From Mobula birostris (lineage: Eukaryota), in NCBI RefSeq assembly GCF_030028105.1, contig NC_092383.1, forward strand, positions 86,199,921-86,263,920: a DNA stretch of 64,000 bases, given 5' to 3'. Both the position numbers and the translations under genes were made by a program. Below the pieces are notes generated by a model, which saw nothing but the letters and a program-made list of their open reading frames with translations, did not search any database and was not told where the DNA came from. Shown one piece after another: positions 26,101 to 38,030 of this stretch; the first letter of the stretch is position 1; each line of letters begins with the position of its first letter.

Positions 26101-27230
26101 AAATCACTATATACTACCCAGAGATTCATTTTCTTGCAACCTTTCATTGGAGAACAAAGAAAAACAATAGAATCAATGAAAAACTACACACAAAAACTGA
26201 TAAACGACAAACATGCAAAGGAAGCCAATCTGTGCAAACACAATAAATAAGAAATTAATTAATACTGAGAACATAAAATTGTAGAGTCCTTGAAAGTGAG
26301 TCTATAGGCTGTGTTCAGTGATCTTTGCTGTTAAGTGACCAAAGTAAACCACTCTGGTTCAGGAGCCTGTTAGCTGAAGTGTTCCTGAATCTGTGGGCTT
26401 TGGGCCTAAGGCTCCTCTGTGTCCTTGCCAGTGAGAAGAGAACATGTTTGTATGATGGACGTCCTTGATGATGGATTCTGCTTTCTCATGGCAATACATC
26501 GCTGTAGATATGCTCGTTGGTGTGCTGGGCTGGGCTTTGCCTATCAATTGATCAAATCAGTATTAACCAATCTCCATACAGACTACCCCTGAGTAACGAA
26601 TGGGTCTGTGTTTACAGAGGCCAGAAAGTAAATATTGCCGATAAATCAGAAAACACAGAAATATCACTCAATGTGTTACCCATACCTTCATGGTATTGTA
26701 ACGAAAGGATCAACTGCAAATAAAACTGAGGAAAAACAGTAATTTTGAAAAGTGGAGAGAAAGTAAACCAGTTTTGTTATAACATAGAACATAAAACAGT
26801 TCGGCCCACAGTATTGTGCTGATCTATACTCCATGATCAATCAAATACTTCCCAAATGCATAGCCCATGAGACTCTGTTTCGTACATACATGTGTAAGCC
26901 CATCTAGGAGTCTCTAAATGTCCCTATTGTATCAGCCTCTACCCCCATGCCTGCAGTGCGTTCCAGGGACCCACCACTCTCTGTATAACAAAAAACTTAC
27001 TTCTTACATCTCTGCTAAACATTCTTCCACTCACCTTAAATGGATCTCCTCTGATATTGGTCATTGTCACCATGAGGAGGGGGTGCTGGCTATCCACTCA
27101 ATCTATTCTCCACAACGCTCCAAGAGTGATCAAACCAGAGTTTTCGAGAGCTGCGACATTACTTTACGGCTCTTGAACTTGATCCCCTCAACCGGTGAAG
27201 TCAAGCACCTCATTCACCATCTTTAACACC
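23165..27230. repeat. Segmental duplication unit C: distal upstream region without leader or coding exons
   Basis: 23165-23260 matches 4175-4270 and 17620-17710; 24500-25200 matches 5450-6200; 25280-27230 matches 20430-22340. Confidence 0.75.
23762..24289 (-). mobile_element. Solo LTR-like insertion
   Basis: Absent from the paralogous site at about 18490; flanked by TATG; minus-strand CCTATAAAGGG and AATAAA motifs; termini degenerate. Confidence 0.5.
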
Positions 27231-27510
27231 GTTTCAACTTGCTCAACAACTTTAAAGGATCTACACATTTGATCCCAATGTCCCTCTGTAACTCCTCACT
27301 GTTAAGAATCCTGCCATGAACCTTGTAATCTGGCTTAAAGTTCAATTACCCAAAGTGTATCACAACATATTTTTCAGTGTTAAACTCTATCTACCACTTC
27401 TCCACCCAGCATTGCATCCTGTCGTTGTCTGTTTGTAACTTATGACAACCTTCTGTACCACCCACAACACTGACAATCTACATGTCAGGTGCAAACATAT
27501 GTATATACAG

Positions 27511-27895
27511 TACTGTGCAGAAGTTGTAGGCATATGTAAAAATATTTTATAAAGCGAAGAGGCTTCCAAAAATAATGAAATGTCAAGTTACCGAATATCA
27601 GATATTTACTATAAAGTGCAGTAAACAGAAAAAAGCTAAATAAAATCGATATTTGGTGTGACCACTCTTTGCCTTTAGAACGGCATCCATTCCCTTAGGC
27701 ACACAGTTGTGCAGTTTTATAAGAAAATCAGCTGCTTTTTCCAAGCAACTTGGAGAACTTGCCACTGTTCTGCAGACTTGGGCTGTCTCGTTTGCTTCTG
27801 ACTTTCCAGGTAATCCCAGGTAACCTGGATAATGTTGAGATCAGGACTCGGTGAAGGCTATGCTATCTTGGGATGCCTAAGAATTTTGCACGGTA
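27511..27895. mobile_element. Internally deleted Tc1-like element
   Basis: Degenerate TIRs TACTGTGCAGAAGTTGTAGGCA .. TGCCTAAGAATTTTGCACGGTA; homologous to 39216-39602. Confidence 0.65.
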
Positions 27896-27989
27896 ATGTA
27901 CATTGGAAATTTGAATTAAGTAACATTACAGAGGTTCATTTGTGTGTACAAGTGACATTAAGTCAAGTGATTATAACTTGGGAATGAGC

Positions 27990-28515
27990 TTGTCCTGTCC
28001 AGTTGTCCTGTCCAAGACCGAAAGAAGCTGCAGAAGATCGTGAACACGGCGCAGCACATCACACAAACCAATCTTCCGTCCTTGGAGTCACTTTACACCA
28101 CACGCTGTCGGAGCAGTGCTGCCAGGATGATCAAGGACACGACCCACCCAGCCAACACACTTTTCGTACCTCTTCCCTCCGGGAGAAGGCTCAGGAGCTT
28201 GAAGACCCATACGGCCAAAGTTGGGAACAGCTTCTTTCCAACTGTGATAAGACTGCCGAACGGATCCTGACCCGGATCTGGGCCATACCCTCCAAATATC
28301 TGGACCTGCCTCTCAGTTTTTTTGCACTCCCTTACTTTCCATTTTTCTATTTTCTATTTATGATTTATAATTTAATTTTAATACTTTTTTTACTATTTTT
28401 AATATGTTTAATATTTCATATTTGTAATCCAGGGAGCGGGAACTGCAGAATCAAATATCGCTGTGATGATTGTACATTCTAGTATCAATTGTTTGGCGAC
28501 AATAAAGTATAAAGT
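27990..28515 (+). mobile_element. Young Rex1/L2-like LINE 3' end
   Basis: SGRRLRSLKTHTAKVGNSFFPTVIRLPN and (AAAGTAT)n tail; CpG-rich. Confidence 0.7.
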
Positions 28516-28759
28516 ATAACTGTATCCTCTTTTATCTTAACATTACTCCTCCTACCAGATCAATTCTTTAAACTAACACTCTTCCATTTTTAACTCAGAT
28601 CTGATGAGAAATCCCTGACCTGAAACTGGATTTAATGAAAAGTTCCTGTTATGATTTGCAGCTTCAAAACAGTGAACGAATTCAAAACAAACAACAGAGC
28701 TGGGAAATGAGAATCTTAGACTGTGTTTCTACTTTAAGTGAGGTGCACATGTATCACGT

Positions 28760-28975
28760 AGAAACATAGAAAATAGGTGCAGGAGTAGGCCATTCGGCCC
28801 TTCGAGACTGCACTGCCATTTATTATGATCATGGCTGATCATCCAACTCAGAACCCCGCCCCAGCCTTCCCTCCACACCCCCTGACCCCCGTAGCCACAA
28901 GGGCCATATCTAACTCCCTCTTAAATATAGCCAATGAACTGGCCTCAACTGTTTCCTGTGGCAGAGAATTCCACA
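28760..28975 (-). mobile_element. CR1 3' tail fragment inserted in the Gypsy 3' LTR
   Basis: Near-identical to the reverse complement of 32450-32670 and to 33650-33860. Confidence 0.85.
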
Positions 28976-29396
28976 CTTTCACCATGTTGGTGTCATGACA
29001 TATCAATTCATTTCATTTACTTATGAACCATATTTAATTACTTAAACAAACAAGAATACTTAATCAAACAATATTTACAATATTACTCGAATACTACTGA
29101 AATATTAAATACACAACACTCCTTGCAACTTAAGTATAAATTCCATCTGAATAGAAAATGCATCTCTCTATATATACAGTATACTATATGAAGGATTTCA
29201 TACTCGTGGCATATCATCCTTCCTGAAACAGAGGATCACTCTGCTTAACAGATGAGACTTGTAGCTGTGAAACCATCTTAGGTTCTGGGGCCTCCTCCAC
29301 AGTGGGTTGTAAGAGCTGTTGACCCTGAGACTGCAGGAAGTGGTTCTGACTGCGATGGACATCTTTCTTCTCTTTCCCATTTCTTCTTCTAGTTCA

Positions 29397-29452
29397 TGCA
29401 TTTAGTTCACTGGAGTATTCTCTTATTAATCCTTCTATTGCTCCCTTTACAA
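29397..29452 (-). pseudogene. RBM25: RBM25 retro-fragment, 3' piece (VKGAIEGLIREYSSELNA)
   Basis: Matches recalled vertebrate RBM25 IKGAIEVLIREYSSELNA; contiguous with 32681-33137 once the CR1 and one TSD copy are removed. Confidence 0.85.
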
Positions 29453-32400
29453 AAGGACGGGTTGCACTTGAATCCTAGGGGGACCAATATCCTGGCAGGG
29501 AGATTAGCGGGGGCTACTGAGGTGACTTTAAACTAGAATGGTTGGGGGGTGGGAATCAAATTAAAGAGGCTAGGCGTGAGGAGGTTAGTTCACAACAGGG
29601 GGATGGGAACCAGTGCAGAGAGACAGAGGGGTGTAAGGTGAGGGTAGAAGCAAAAAGTACTATGGAGAAAAGTAAAAGTGGCAGGCCGACAAATCCAGGG
29701 CAAGCATTAAAAAGGGCCACTTTTCAGCATAATTGTATAAGGGCTAAGAGAGTTGTAAAAGAGCGCCTGAAGGCTTTGTGTGTCAATGCAAGGAGCATTC
29801 GTAATAAAGTGGATGAATTGAAAGTGCAGATTGTTATTAATGATTATGATATAGTTGGGATCACAGAGACATGGCTCCAGGGTGACCAGGGATGGGAGCT
29901 CAACGTTCAGGGATATTCAATATTCAGGAGGGATAGACATGAAGGAAGGGGAGGTGGGGTGGCGTTGCTGGTTAAAGAAGAGATTAACGCAATAGAAAGG
30001 AAGGACATAAGCCGGGAAGATGAGGAATCGATATGGGTAGAGCTGCGTAACACTAAGGGACAGATGACACTGGTGGGAGTTGTGTACAGGCCACCTAACA
30101 GTAGTAGTGAGGTCGGAGATGGTATTAAACAGGAAATTAGAAATGTGTGCAATAAAGGAACAGCAGTTATAATGGGTGACTTCAATCTACATGTAGATTG
30201 GGTGAACCAAATTGGTAAAGGTGCTGAGGAAGAGGATTTCTTGGAATGTATGCGGGATGGTCTTTTGAACCAACATGTTGAGGAACCAACTAGAGAGCAG
30301 GCTATTCTGGACTGGGTTTTGAGCAATGAGGAAGGGTTAATTAGCAATCTTGTCGTGAGAGGCCCCTTGGGTAAGAGTGACCATAATATGGTGGAATTCT
30401 TCATTAAGATGGAGAGTGACATAGTTAATTCAGAAACAAAGGTTCTGAACTTAAAGAGGGGTAACTTTGAAGGTATGAGACGTGAATTAGCTAAGATAGA
30501 CTGGCAAATGACACTTAAAGGATTGACGGTGGATATGCAATGGCAAGCATTTAAAGGTTGCATGGATGAACTACAACAATTGTTCATCCCAGTTTGGCAA
30601 AAGAATAAATCAAGGAAGGTAGTGCACCCATGGCTGACAAGAGAAATTAGGAATAGTATCAATTCCAAAGAAGAAGCATACAAATTAGCCAGAGAAAGTG
30701 GCTCACCTGAGGACTGGGAGAAATTCAGAGTTCAGCAGAGGAGGACAAAGGGTTTAATTAGGAAGGGGAAAAAAGATTATGAGAGAAAACTGGCAGGGAA
30801 CATAAAAACGGACTGTAAAAGCTTTTATAGATATGTAAAAAGGAAAAGACTGGTAAAGACAAATGTAGGTCCCCTGCAGACAGAAACAGGTGAATTGATT
30901 ATGGGGAGCAAGGACATGGCAGACCAACTGAATAATTACTTTGGTTCTGTCTTCACTAAGGAGGACATGAATAATCTTCCAGAAATAGTAGGGGACAGAG
31001 GGTCCAGTGAGATGGAGGAACTGAGCGAAATACATGTTAGTAGGGAAGTGGTGTTAGGTAAATTGAAGGGATTGAAGGCAGATAAATCCCCAGGGCCAGA
31101 TGGTCTGCATCCCAGAGTGCTTAAGGAAGTAGCCCAAGAAATAGTGGATGCATTAGTGATAATTTTTCAAAACTAGTTAGATTCTGGACTAGTTCCTGAG
31201 GATTGGAGGGTGGCTAATGTAACTCCACTTTTTAAAAAAGGAGGGAGAGAGAAACCGGGGAATCATAGACCGGTTAGCCTAACGTCGGTGGTGGGGAAAC
31301 TGCTGAAGTCAGTTATCAAGGATGTGATAACAGCACATTTGGAAAGTGGTGAAATGATCGGACAAAGTCAGCATGGATTTGTGAAAGGAAAATCATGTCT
31401 GACGAATCTCATAGAATTTTTTGAGGATGTAACTAGTAGAGTGGAAAGGGGAGAACCTGTGGATGTGGTATATTTGGATTTTCAGGAGGCTTTTGACAAG
31501 GTCCCACACAGGAGATTAGTGTGCAAACTTAAAGCACATGGTATTGGGGGTAAGGTATTGGTGTGGGTGGAGAGTTGGTTAGCAGACAGGAAGCAAAGAG
31601 TGGGAATAAACGGGACCTTTTCAGAATGGCAGGCGGTGACTAGTGGGGTACTGCAAGGCTCAGTGCTGGGACCCCAGTTGTTTACAATATATATTAATGA
31701 CTTGGATGAGGGAATTAAATGCAGCATCTCCAAGTTTGCGGATGACACGAAGCTGGGGGGCAGTGTTAGCTGTGAGGAGGATGCTAAGAGGATGCAGGGT
31801 GACTTGGACAGGTTGGGTGAGTGGGCAAATTCATGGCAGATTCAATTTAATGTGGATAAATGTGAAGTTATCCACTTTGGTGGCAAAAATAGGAAAACAG
31901 ATTATTATCTGAATGGTGGCCGATTAGGAAAAGGGGAGGTGCAACGAGACCTGGGTGTCATTATACACCAGTCATTGAAAGTGGGCATGCAGGTACAGCA
32001 GGCGGTGAAAAAGGCGAATGGTATGCTGGCATTTATAGCGAGAGGATTCAAGTACAGGAGCAGGGAGGTACTACTGCAGTTGTACAAGGCCTTGGTGAGA
32101 CCCCACCTGGAGTATTGTGTGCAGTTTTGGTCCCCTAATCTGAGGAAAGACATCCTTGCCATAGAGGGAGTACAAAGAAGGTTCACCAGATTGATTCCTG
32201 GGATGGCAGGACTTTCATATGAAGAAAGACTGGATGAACTGGGCTTGTACTCGTTGGAATTTAGAAGATTGAGGGGGGATCTGATTGAAACGTATAAGAT
32301 CCTAAAGGGATTGGACAGGCTAGATGCAGGAAGATTGTTCCCGATGTTGGAGAAGTCCAGAACGAGGGGCCACAGTTTGAGGATAGAGGGGAAGCCTTTT

Positions 32401-32673
32401 AGGACCGAGATTAGGAAAAACTTCTTCACACAGAGAGTGGTGAATCTGTGGAATTCTCTGCCACAGGAAACAGTTGAGGCCAGTTCATTGGCTATATTTA
32501 AGAGGGAGTTAGATATGGCCCTTGTGGCTATGGGGGTCAGGGGGTATGGAGGGAAGTCTGGGGCGGGGTTCTGAGTTGGATGATCAGCCATGAGCATAAT
32601 AAATGGCGGTGCAGGATCGAAGGGCCGAATGGCCTACTCCTGCACCTATTTTCTATGTTTCTATGTTTCTATG
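29453..32673 (+). mobile_element. Young CR1 LINE, ORF2 (APE + RT) nearly intact, ORF1 truncated
   Basis: ORFs 29542..31176 and 31210..32574 are one frame broken by a single TAG at 31174-31176; FADD motif, (TTCTATGT)n tail, 7-bp TSD TTTACAA at 29446-29452 and 32674-32680. Confidence 0.95.
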
Positions 32674-32680
32674 TTTACAA

Positions 32681-33137
32681 CCTGATCTGCCCTCTAGGTT
32701 TCCTCATCCACAACCTGTGGCAAATCCTCTGTTTTTGTCTCTCCTTTGACTCTATTTCTTTTTGGCCTTCCTTTCATCGATCTGGTCTTTGGTCTTTGGT
32801 CTTTGCATCTACTTTTACAAGCAATTTTTTCTCCTACTTGACATTCCTGCAACAACCATAAAACACACAGAGTAGGTTTCAGTTCTTTACAGGCACAAAA
32901 GCCAAATGCTTGCAACTTTCCTGAAGATCCTTAAACTCTCCTCCAGCTTAAAACCAAGCCACATTTCACAAGTATCTGACTGATTAACTTATCAGAAGCT
33001 TTCTCAGACATGTTGCCTATAAAAACTGTTGTAGTCCAACTAGTGCTTTCATCATTTTCACTCTTCCTCTGAGCAGCGTGGCCCTTCCTTACAGGAATAT
33101 GCTTTCCAATCAGAGGTATAGAAGTTGGAACCAACAC
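32681..33137 (-). pseudogene. RBM25: RBM25 retro-fragment, 5' piece (RRM region), intron-less, with stops and frameshifts
   Basis: VLVPT..GKH..ENDE..TTTVFIGNMSEKASDKLISQILVKCGLVLSWRRV*GSSGKLQAFGFC..KLLVKVDAKTK..DEET*RADQ, recognised as RBM25 from about residue 53 onward. Confidence 0.9.
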
Positions 33138-33649
33138 ATGTTTGTTCTCAGTTAGGCAATGGTTTATGATGTATGTCAAAGAGGCAGTTGTGGCATTATC
33201 TAGTACCTTTCTTAATTTGGTTTCAGTCGGCTTCATTGCAAGGGATGTGGCATGCAATTGGTGGATGGATCTCCAATCGAGTAGCAGTTGTCTCAGCAAA
33301 TGAAGTCCCCACAATGCTGGTCCTTCTGTTTTTACCACATACAAGCTCAATGTGGCTCACAGTTCTGCATGTCATTCCCACAGGAGTTATCCTTTTACCA
33401 GTATAAGTTCTCAGTTGAATATTTGCAGGCTTCACTTTGGTATCTTTCAAATGCTGTTTAAACTCATTTTGTGGGATGACTGAAACAGCTGAACTAGTGC
33501 CTAATTCCATTTTACTAATTTGTCGTTTACTCCTGGTGTAAGCCACATTGCTTGTTTGTTGTTAATTTTCATACAGTAAAGCTCAAGGCTACACAGTCCT
33601 GTGTCACTCTCATCATAATCAGATTTTTCATCTACAGCATGCAGATTTG

Positions 33650-35103
33650 AAACATAGAAAATAGGTGCAGGAGTAGGCCATTCGGCCCTTCGAGCCTGCA
33701 GTGCCATTTATTATGATCATGGCTGATCATCCAACTCAGAACCCCGCCCCAGACTTCCCTCCATACCCCCTGACCCCCATAGCCACAAGGGCCATATCTA
33801 ACTCCCTCTTAAATATAGCCAATGAACTGGCCTCAACTGTTTCCTGTGGCAGAGAATTCCACAGATTCACCACTCTCTGTGTGAAGAAGTTTTTCCTAAT
33901 CTCAGTCCTAAAAGGCTTCCCCTTTATCCTCAAACTGTGACCCCTCGTTCTGGACTTCCCCAGCATCGGGAACAATCTTCTTGCATCTAGCCTGTCCAAT
34001 CCCTTTAGGATTTTATACGTTTCAATCAGATCCCCCCTCAATCTTCTAAATTCCAACGAGTACAAGCCCAGTTCATCCAGTCTTTCTTCATATGAAAGTC
34101 CTGCCATCCCAGGGATCAATCTGGTGAACCTTCTTTGTACTCCCTCTATGGCAAGGATGTCTTTCCTCAGATTAGGGGACCAAAACTGCACACAATACTC
34201 CAGGTGTGGTCTCACCAAGGCCTTGCACAACTGCAGTTGTACCTCCCTGCTCCTGTACTCGAATCCTCTCCCTATAAATGCCAGCATACCATTCGCCTTT
34301 TTCACCGCCTGCTGTACCTGCATGCCCACTTTCAATGACTGGTGTATAATGACACCCAGGTCTCGTTGAACCTCCCCTTTTCCTAATCGGCCACCATTCA
34401 GATAATAATCTGTTTTCCTATTTTTGCCACCAAAGTGGATAACTTCACATTTATCCACATTAAATTGAATCTGCCATGAATTTGCCCACTCACCCAACCT
34501 ATCCAAGTCACCCTGCATCCTCTTAGCATCCTCCCCTCCTCACAGCTAACACTGCCGCTCAGCTTCGTGTCATCCGCAAACTTGGAGATGCTGCATTTAA
34601 TTCCCTCATCCAAGTCATTAATATATATTGTAAACAACTGGGGTCCCAGCACTGAGCCTTGCAGTACCCCACTAGTCACCGCCTGCCATTCTGAAAAGGT
34701 CCCGTTTATTCCCACTCTTTGCTTCCTGTCTGCTAACCAATTCTCTATCCACATCAATACCTTACCCCCAATACCATGTGCTTTAAGTTTGCACACTAAT
34801 CTGTGTGGGACCTTGTCAAAAGCCTTTTGAAAATCCAAATATACCACATCCACTGGTTCTCCCCTATCCACTCTACTAGTTACATCCTCAAAAAATTCTG
34901 AGATTCGTCAGACATGATTTTCCTTTCACAAATCCATGCTGACTTTGTCCGATGATTTCACCACTTTCCAAATGTGCTGTTATCACATCTTTGATAACTG
35001 ACTCCAGCAGTTTCCCCACCACCGACGTTAGCCTAACTGGTCTATAATTCCCTGGTTTTTCTCTCCCTTTTTTTTTAAAAAGTGGGGTTACATTAGCCAC
35101 CCT
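33650..35103 (-). mobile_element. Young 5'-truncated CR1 LINE, same subfamily as 29453-32673
   Basis: ORFs 33736..34518, 34398..34871 and 34888..35160 almost identical to 31210..32574; tail at 33650. Confidence 0.93.
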
Positions 35104-35248
35104 TAGTGCTTTTTCGAAACTGCAAGTTGACTTTTTAGCTTTTTTGCTTCCTAGTACCATGCATTTATTTTTGTCTGGCTGGCAAGTTCTTTGTATGTGT
35201 CCTACTTTGTTGCACTTTCTGCAAGTTTCAGCTTTAAACCTGTATTTG

Positions 35249-35961
35249 TGTCACAATGGGGTGCTGGGAATGGACCCAAATACAAGAAACAGACACTGAA
35301 GTACAAGGAACAGGACTTGACTAGAGTAGGGACGTGACAGGATACAGACAAGGAGCAGGGACAAGAACGCAGACTAGGGCTTGGATCCCAAGCCAGAGAC
35401 TGGACAAGGACCCAAAACCTGGGTTTTGTCTCGGGCTCAGGCCCCAGAACCAGGCATGGACATGACATGACTGCAGGACTGGAGTTTGGGGTCTTGAGGC
35501 TTGAGGCTTGGAGACAGGCTAGGGGTCTTGAGGCTGGAGGCTTGGAGACAGGCTAGGGGTCTTGGTCTTGAGGCTTGGAGACAGGCTTTGGGTCTTGAGG
35601 CTTGGAGACAGGCTTGGGGTCTTGGTCTTGAGGCTTGGAGACAGGCTTGGAGTCTTGGTCTTGAGGCTTGGAGACAGGCTTGGGGTGCTGGTGTTGAGGT
35701 TTGGGGTCTTGGTCTTGAAGTGAGCAGGCAGAGAGTCAGGCAAGGTATCCAGGCAGAGAGTCAGGCAAGGGGGAAACAACAGGGAGGGGAGCAGGACAGT
35801 CCAGCAGGGAATTCCTGGTTTGTAGAAGTATTTATGTCTCAGCCCCAAAACGAGAAACATGTGACCCAAACAGAAACTGGGGAATATCAGAAACCCTGGA
35901 ACGAGGAACCATGGACCGGACCGTGAAGCGGAACACGGACTTTACGGACCGGACTATGACA
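35249..35961. mobile_element. Solo LTR inserted in the gag zinc-knuckle region
   Basis: TGTCA..TGACA termini; 5-bp TSD ATTTG at 35244-35248 and 35962-35966. Confidence 0.9.
35485..35720. repeat. About 27-34 bp tandem repeat inside the solo LTR
   Basis: About 7 variable copies of GGTCTTG(GTCTTG)AGGCTTGGAGACAGGCT. Confidence 0.9.
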
Positions 35962-37991
35962 ATTTGTTTGGTGAACATGAGCCCCTGACACAATGGTAAC
36001 ACAATTTGTTCAGCCAGGCCAGTTTATGTTTGGACAATGTAATTTGTCTACACTCACTTTCATTCCTGATTGCAATTTAATTGTATCTCTGTGTGTGGTT
36101 TCCATTGAAACAGCAATTTTACCTGCTCTCTCGAATGTAAGTTGTGCTACAGTTAGGAATCATTTGTGAATGCTTTCTTGAAAGATTCCACAAAATAAAT
36201 AATCTCTCAGTACATCTTTAAGCCTATTGTTGAGGTGACAATGGTCAGGCAATCTCTTCAATTCAGCCATGAACACTGAAGTGGGCTCCCCTTCTTTTAG
36301 ATTTTGCTTATGAAACCTAAAGCTTTCTGCAACAAACAGTGGCATTGTTTCTAAATGTTCTTGAGAATATTAGCAAAGCTAATTTCTGCTGGTTTGTTTG
36401 GAGCAGTCAAACTTTGAAGCAAACTATATGCCTTTAAAGGCAAAGTACTTGGAAAAATTTGCACTCATTTCTTGATGTCTATTACATTTTCTTCAAGCTA
36501 GTGTTGAATTAGTTCAGTATACATATTCCCCTGCCACGTACATGATTTCCCAATATGTCTGAGCGGCGTGGAGGGAAATTTTCCGCCAAATGGAAATTCC
36601 AGATGCGACCTAACAACGACGATACACATTCCAATTATCTGCTATGGAATCAGACAAGCCAATCTTTCTGATGTAGCCATCTGTGTCTGCTGTTTTAAAT
36701 GATGATTATCGCCCAGTACTCACTCTTTATGAATGGATGAATTCTTCTGATATCTGACTTTTTTAATACTTGATCGTGTTCTCCCTTCAGAAGAACATGT
36801 GCTGTGCTGTTTTTTAATTAAACTTGACCATCTTTCTATGTGCTGGGCTACGATTTTTTTAACTTGCAGTGTTTTTTTTTAGTTCAAATATTTCTCTGCG
36901 TTTCAACAGGTTGACAGCTACCTAACATTCATTTTAAAGATACGTCATCGCCAATGTATGTTTTGTAACTTCAAAACATCAAACTAATTCAAAAGGAAAT
37001 ACGGGAGTCGGGGAATATTCTTCACTTCATTCTTCACTTCAAGTGAGGCATGTATGTATCATGTAAATTAAATATATCTTCATTCTAGCTCACATGTAAC
37101 CCATAATTTATTATTTTCACACACACACAAACACACAAGATGACTCATATAGAACTGAAATACTAAATACAGCTTCCACTAGTAGGGGAGCCAAGGACAA
37201 AAGGGCAGTCTCAGAATGGACGGACATCCCTTCAGAACAGAAATAAGGAGGAATATCCTTCATCAGAGGTGGTGAATCTGTGGAATTCATTATTACAGAT
37301 GGCTGTGGAGACCAAGTCATTGGGTATATTCATTAGTGAGGGCATTAAAGCTTACAGGGAGAAGGCAGGAGAATAGAGTTTACTGGGATAATATATCAGC
37401 TATGATAGAATGCCGAAGCAAACTTTACGGGCCAAATGGCCTTACCCTGCTCCTGTGTTTATGGCCCTATGGTCTTGATTCCATCAAGAAAATCCAGGAA
37501 CCTGAATGTGATCTGTTCACCATGTTTGAATTTTCATTCTCAACTAAGCCAAGAGGATAAATTAGTTATTAGCATCAACAATTTGTTAATAAGAATATTA
37601 GCTGATTGTTTATTAATTATTGAAACATACAACAACAACCTCAGGCATTTGAGTCCATAGAACAGCATTTAATAGAGTAAACTGGTCTTAAGCAGTTCAC
37701 AGCCATGACAGGGTTAAAAATCGTTGCTTGCGCAATGAAAAGAAAACATTGTGAAAAGGTGCCATACAGTTGAGATCTGTGAAGGTGACATGTTGGAAAT
37801 GGAATGCTAAAAAAAGTCAAAGTCCTTACGTATGGTAACATTATTTTTTCACCTTCATGAAGTTGTTAATGAATGACAAGAGAGGTTAATTCACAGATGT
37901 TAAATTTGTCTATATTCTGAAAAAGTATGACTATTTCATCTTGGTGTGAAATTCCAGCAGAATCTGTGTGATCCAGAAGCCTTCACTTTAC

Positions 37992-38030
37992 CTTATAGAC
38001 CAGTCTGGGAGGATCTGATTCATCGCGTCT
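37992..38030 (-). CDS. Gene 4 cytoplasmic exon RRDESDPPRLVYK
   Basis: ccatttccttttgcag acceptor, AAG|gtaaag donor, 39 nt, phase 0-0, matches the TM exon phase. Confidence 0.7.

Larger units (their letters stand above)
28647..37065 (-). mobile_element. Decayed Gypsy/Ty3 LTR retrotransposon with nested insertions and a captured host gene fragment
   Basis: 3' LTR 28647-29118 (TG..CA), purine tract at about 29119-29134, partial 5' LTR 36955-37065, PBS-like TGGCGA at about 36948-36953; gag (AESFRFHKQN..LRDYLFCGI, CRKCNKVGHIQRTC knuckle) and protease (MELGTSSAVSVI); no RT/INT visible. Confidence 0.82.

Noticed and set aside
29907-32597. Long minus-strand ORFs (258 aa and 230 aa)
   Set aside because: Antisense shadows of CR1 ORF2; the same artefact occurs over other CR1 copies.
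35485-35720. CRISPR-like repeat array
   Set aside because: No unique spacers; vertebrate LTR minisatellite.
35501-35926. ORFs with LGLEAWRQA or SLSPSLKTKT repeats
   Set aside because: Translations of the tandem repeat inside a solo LTR bounded by a TSD.
37600-37780. Terminal exon of gene 4 (ISTVWHLFTMFSFHCASNDF*, AATAAA nearby)
   Set aside because: Several alternative acceptors fit equally well; not listed as a feature without transcript support.
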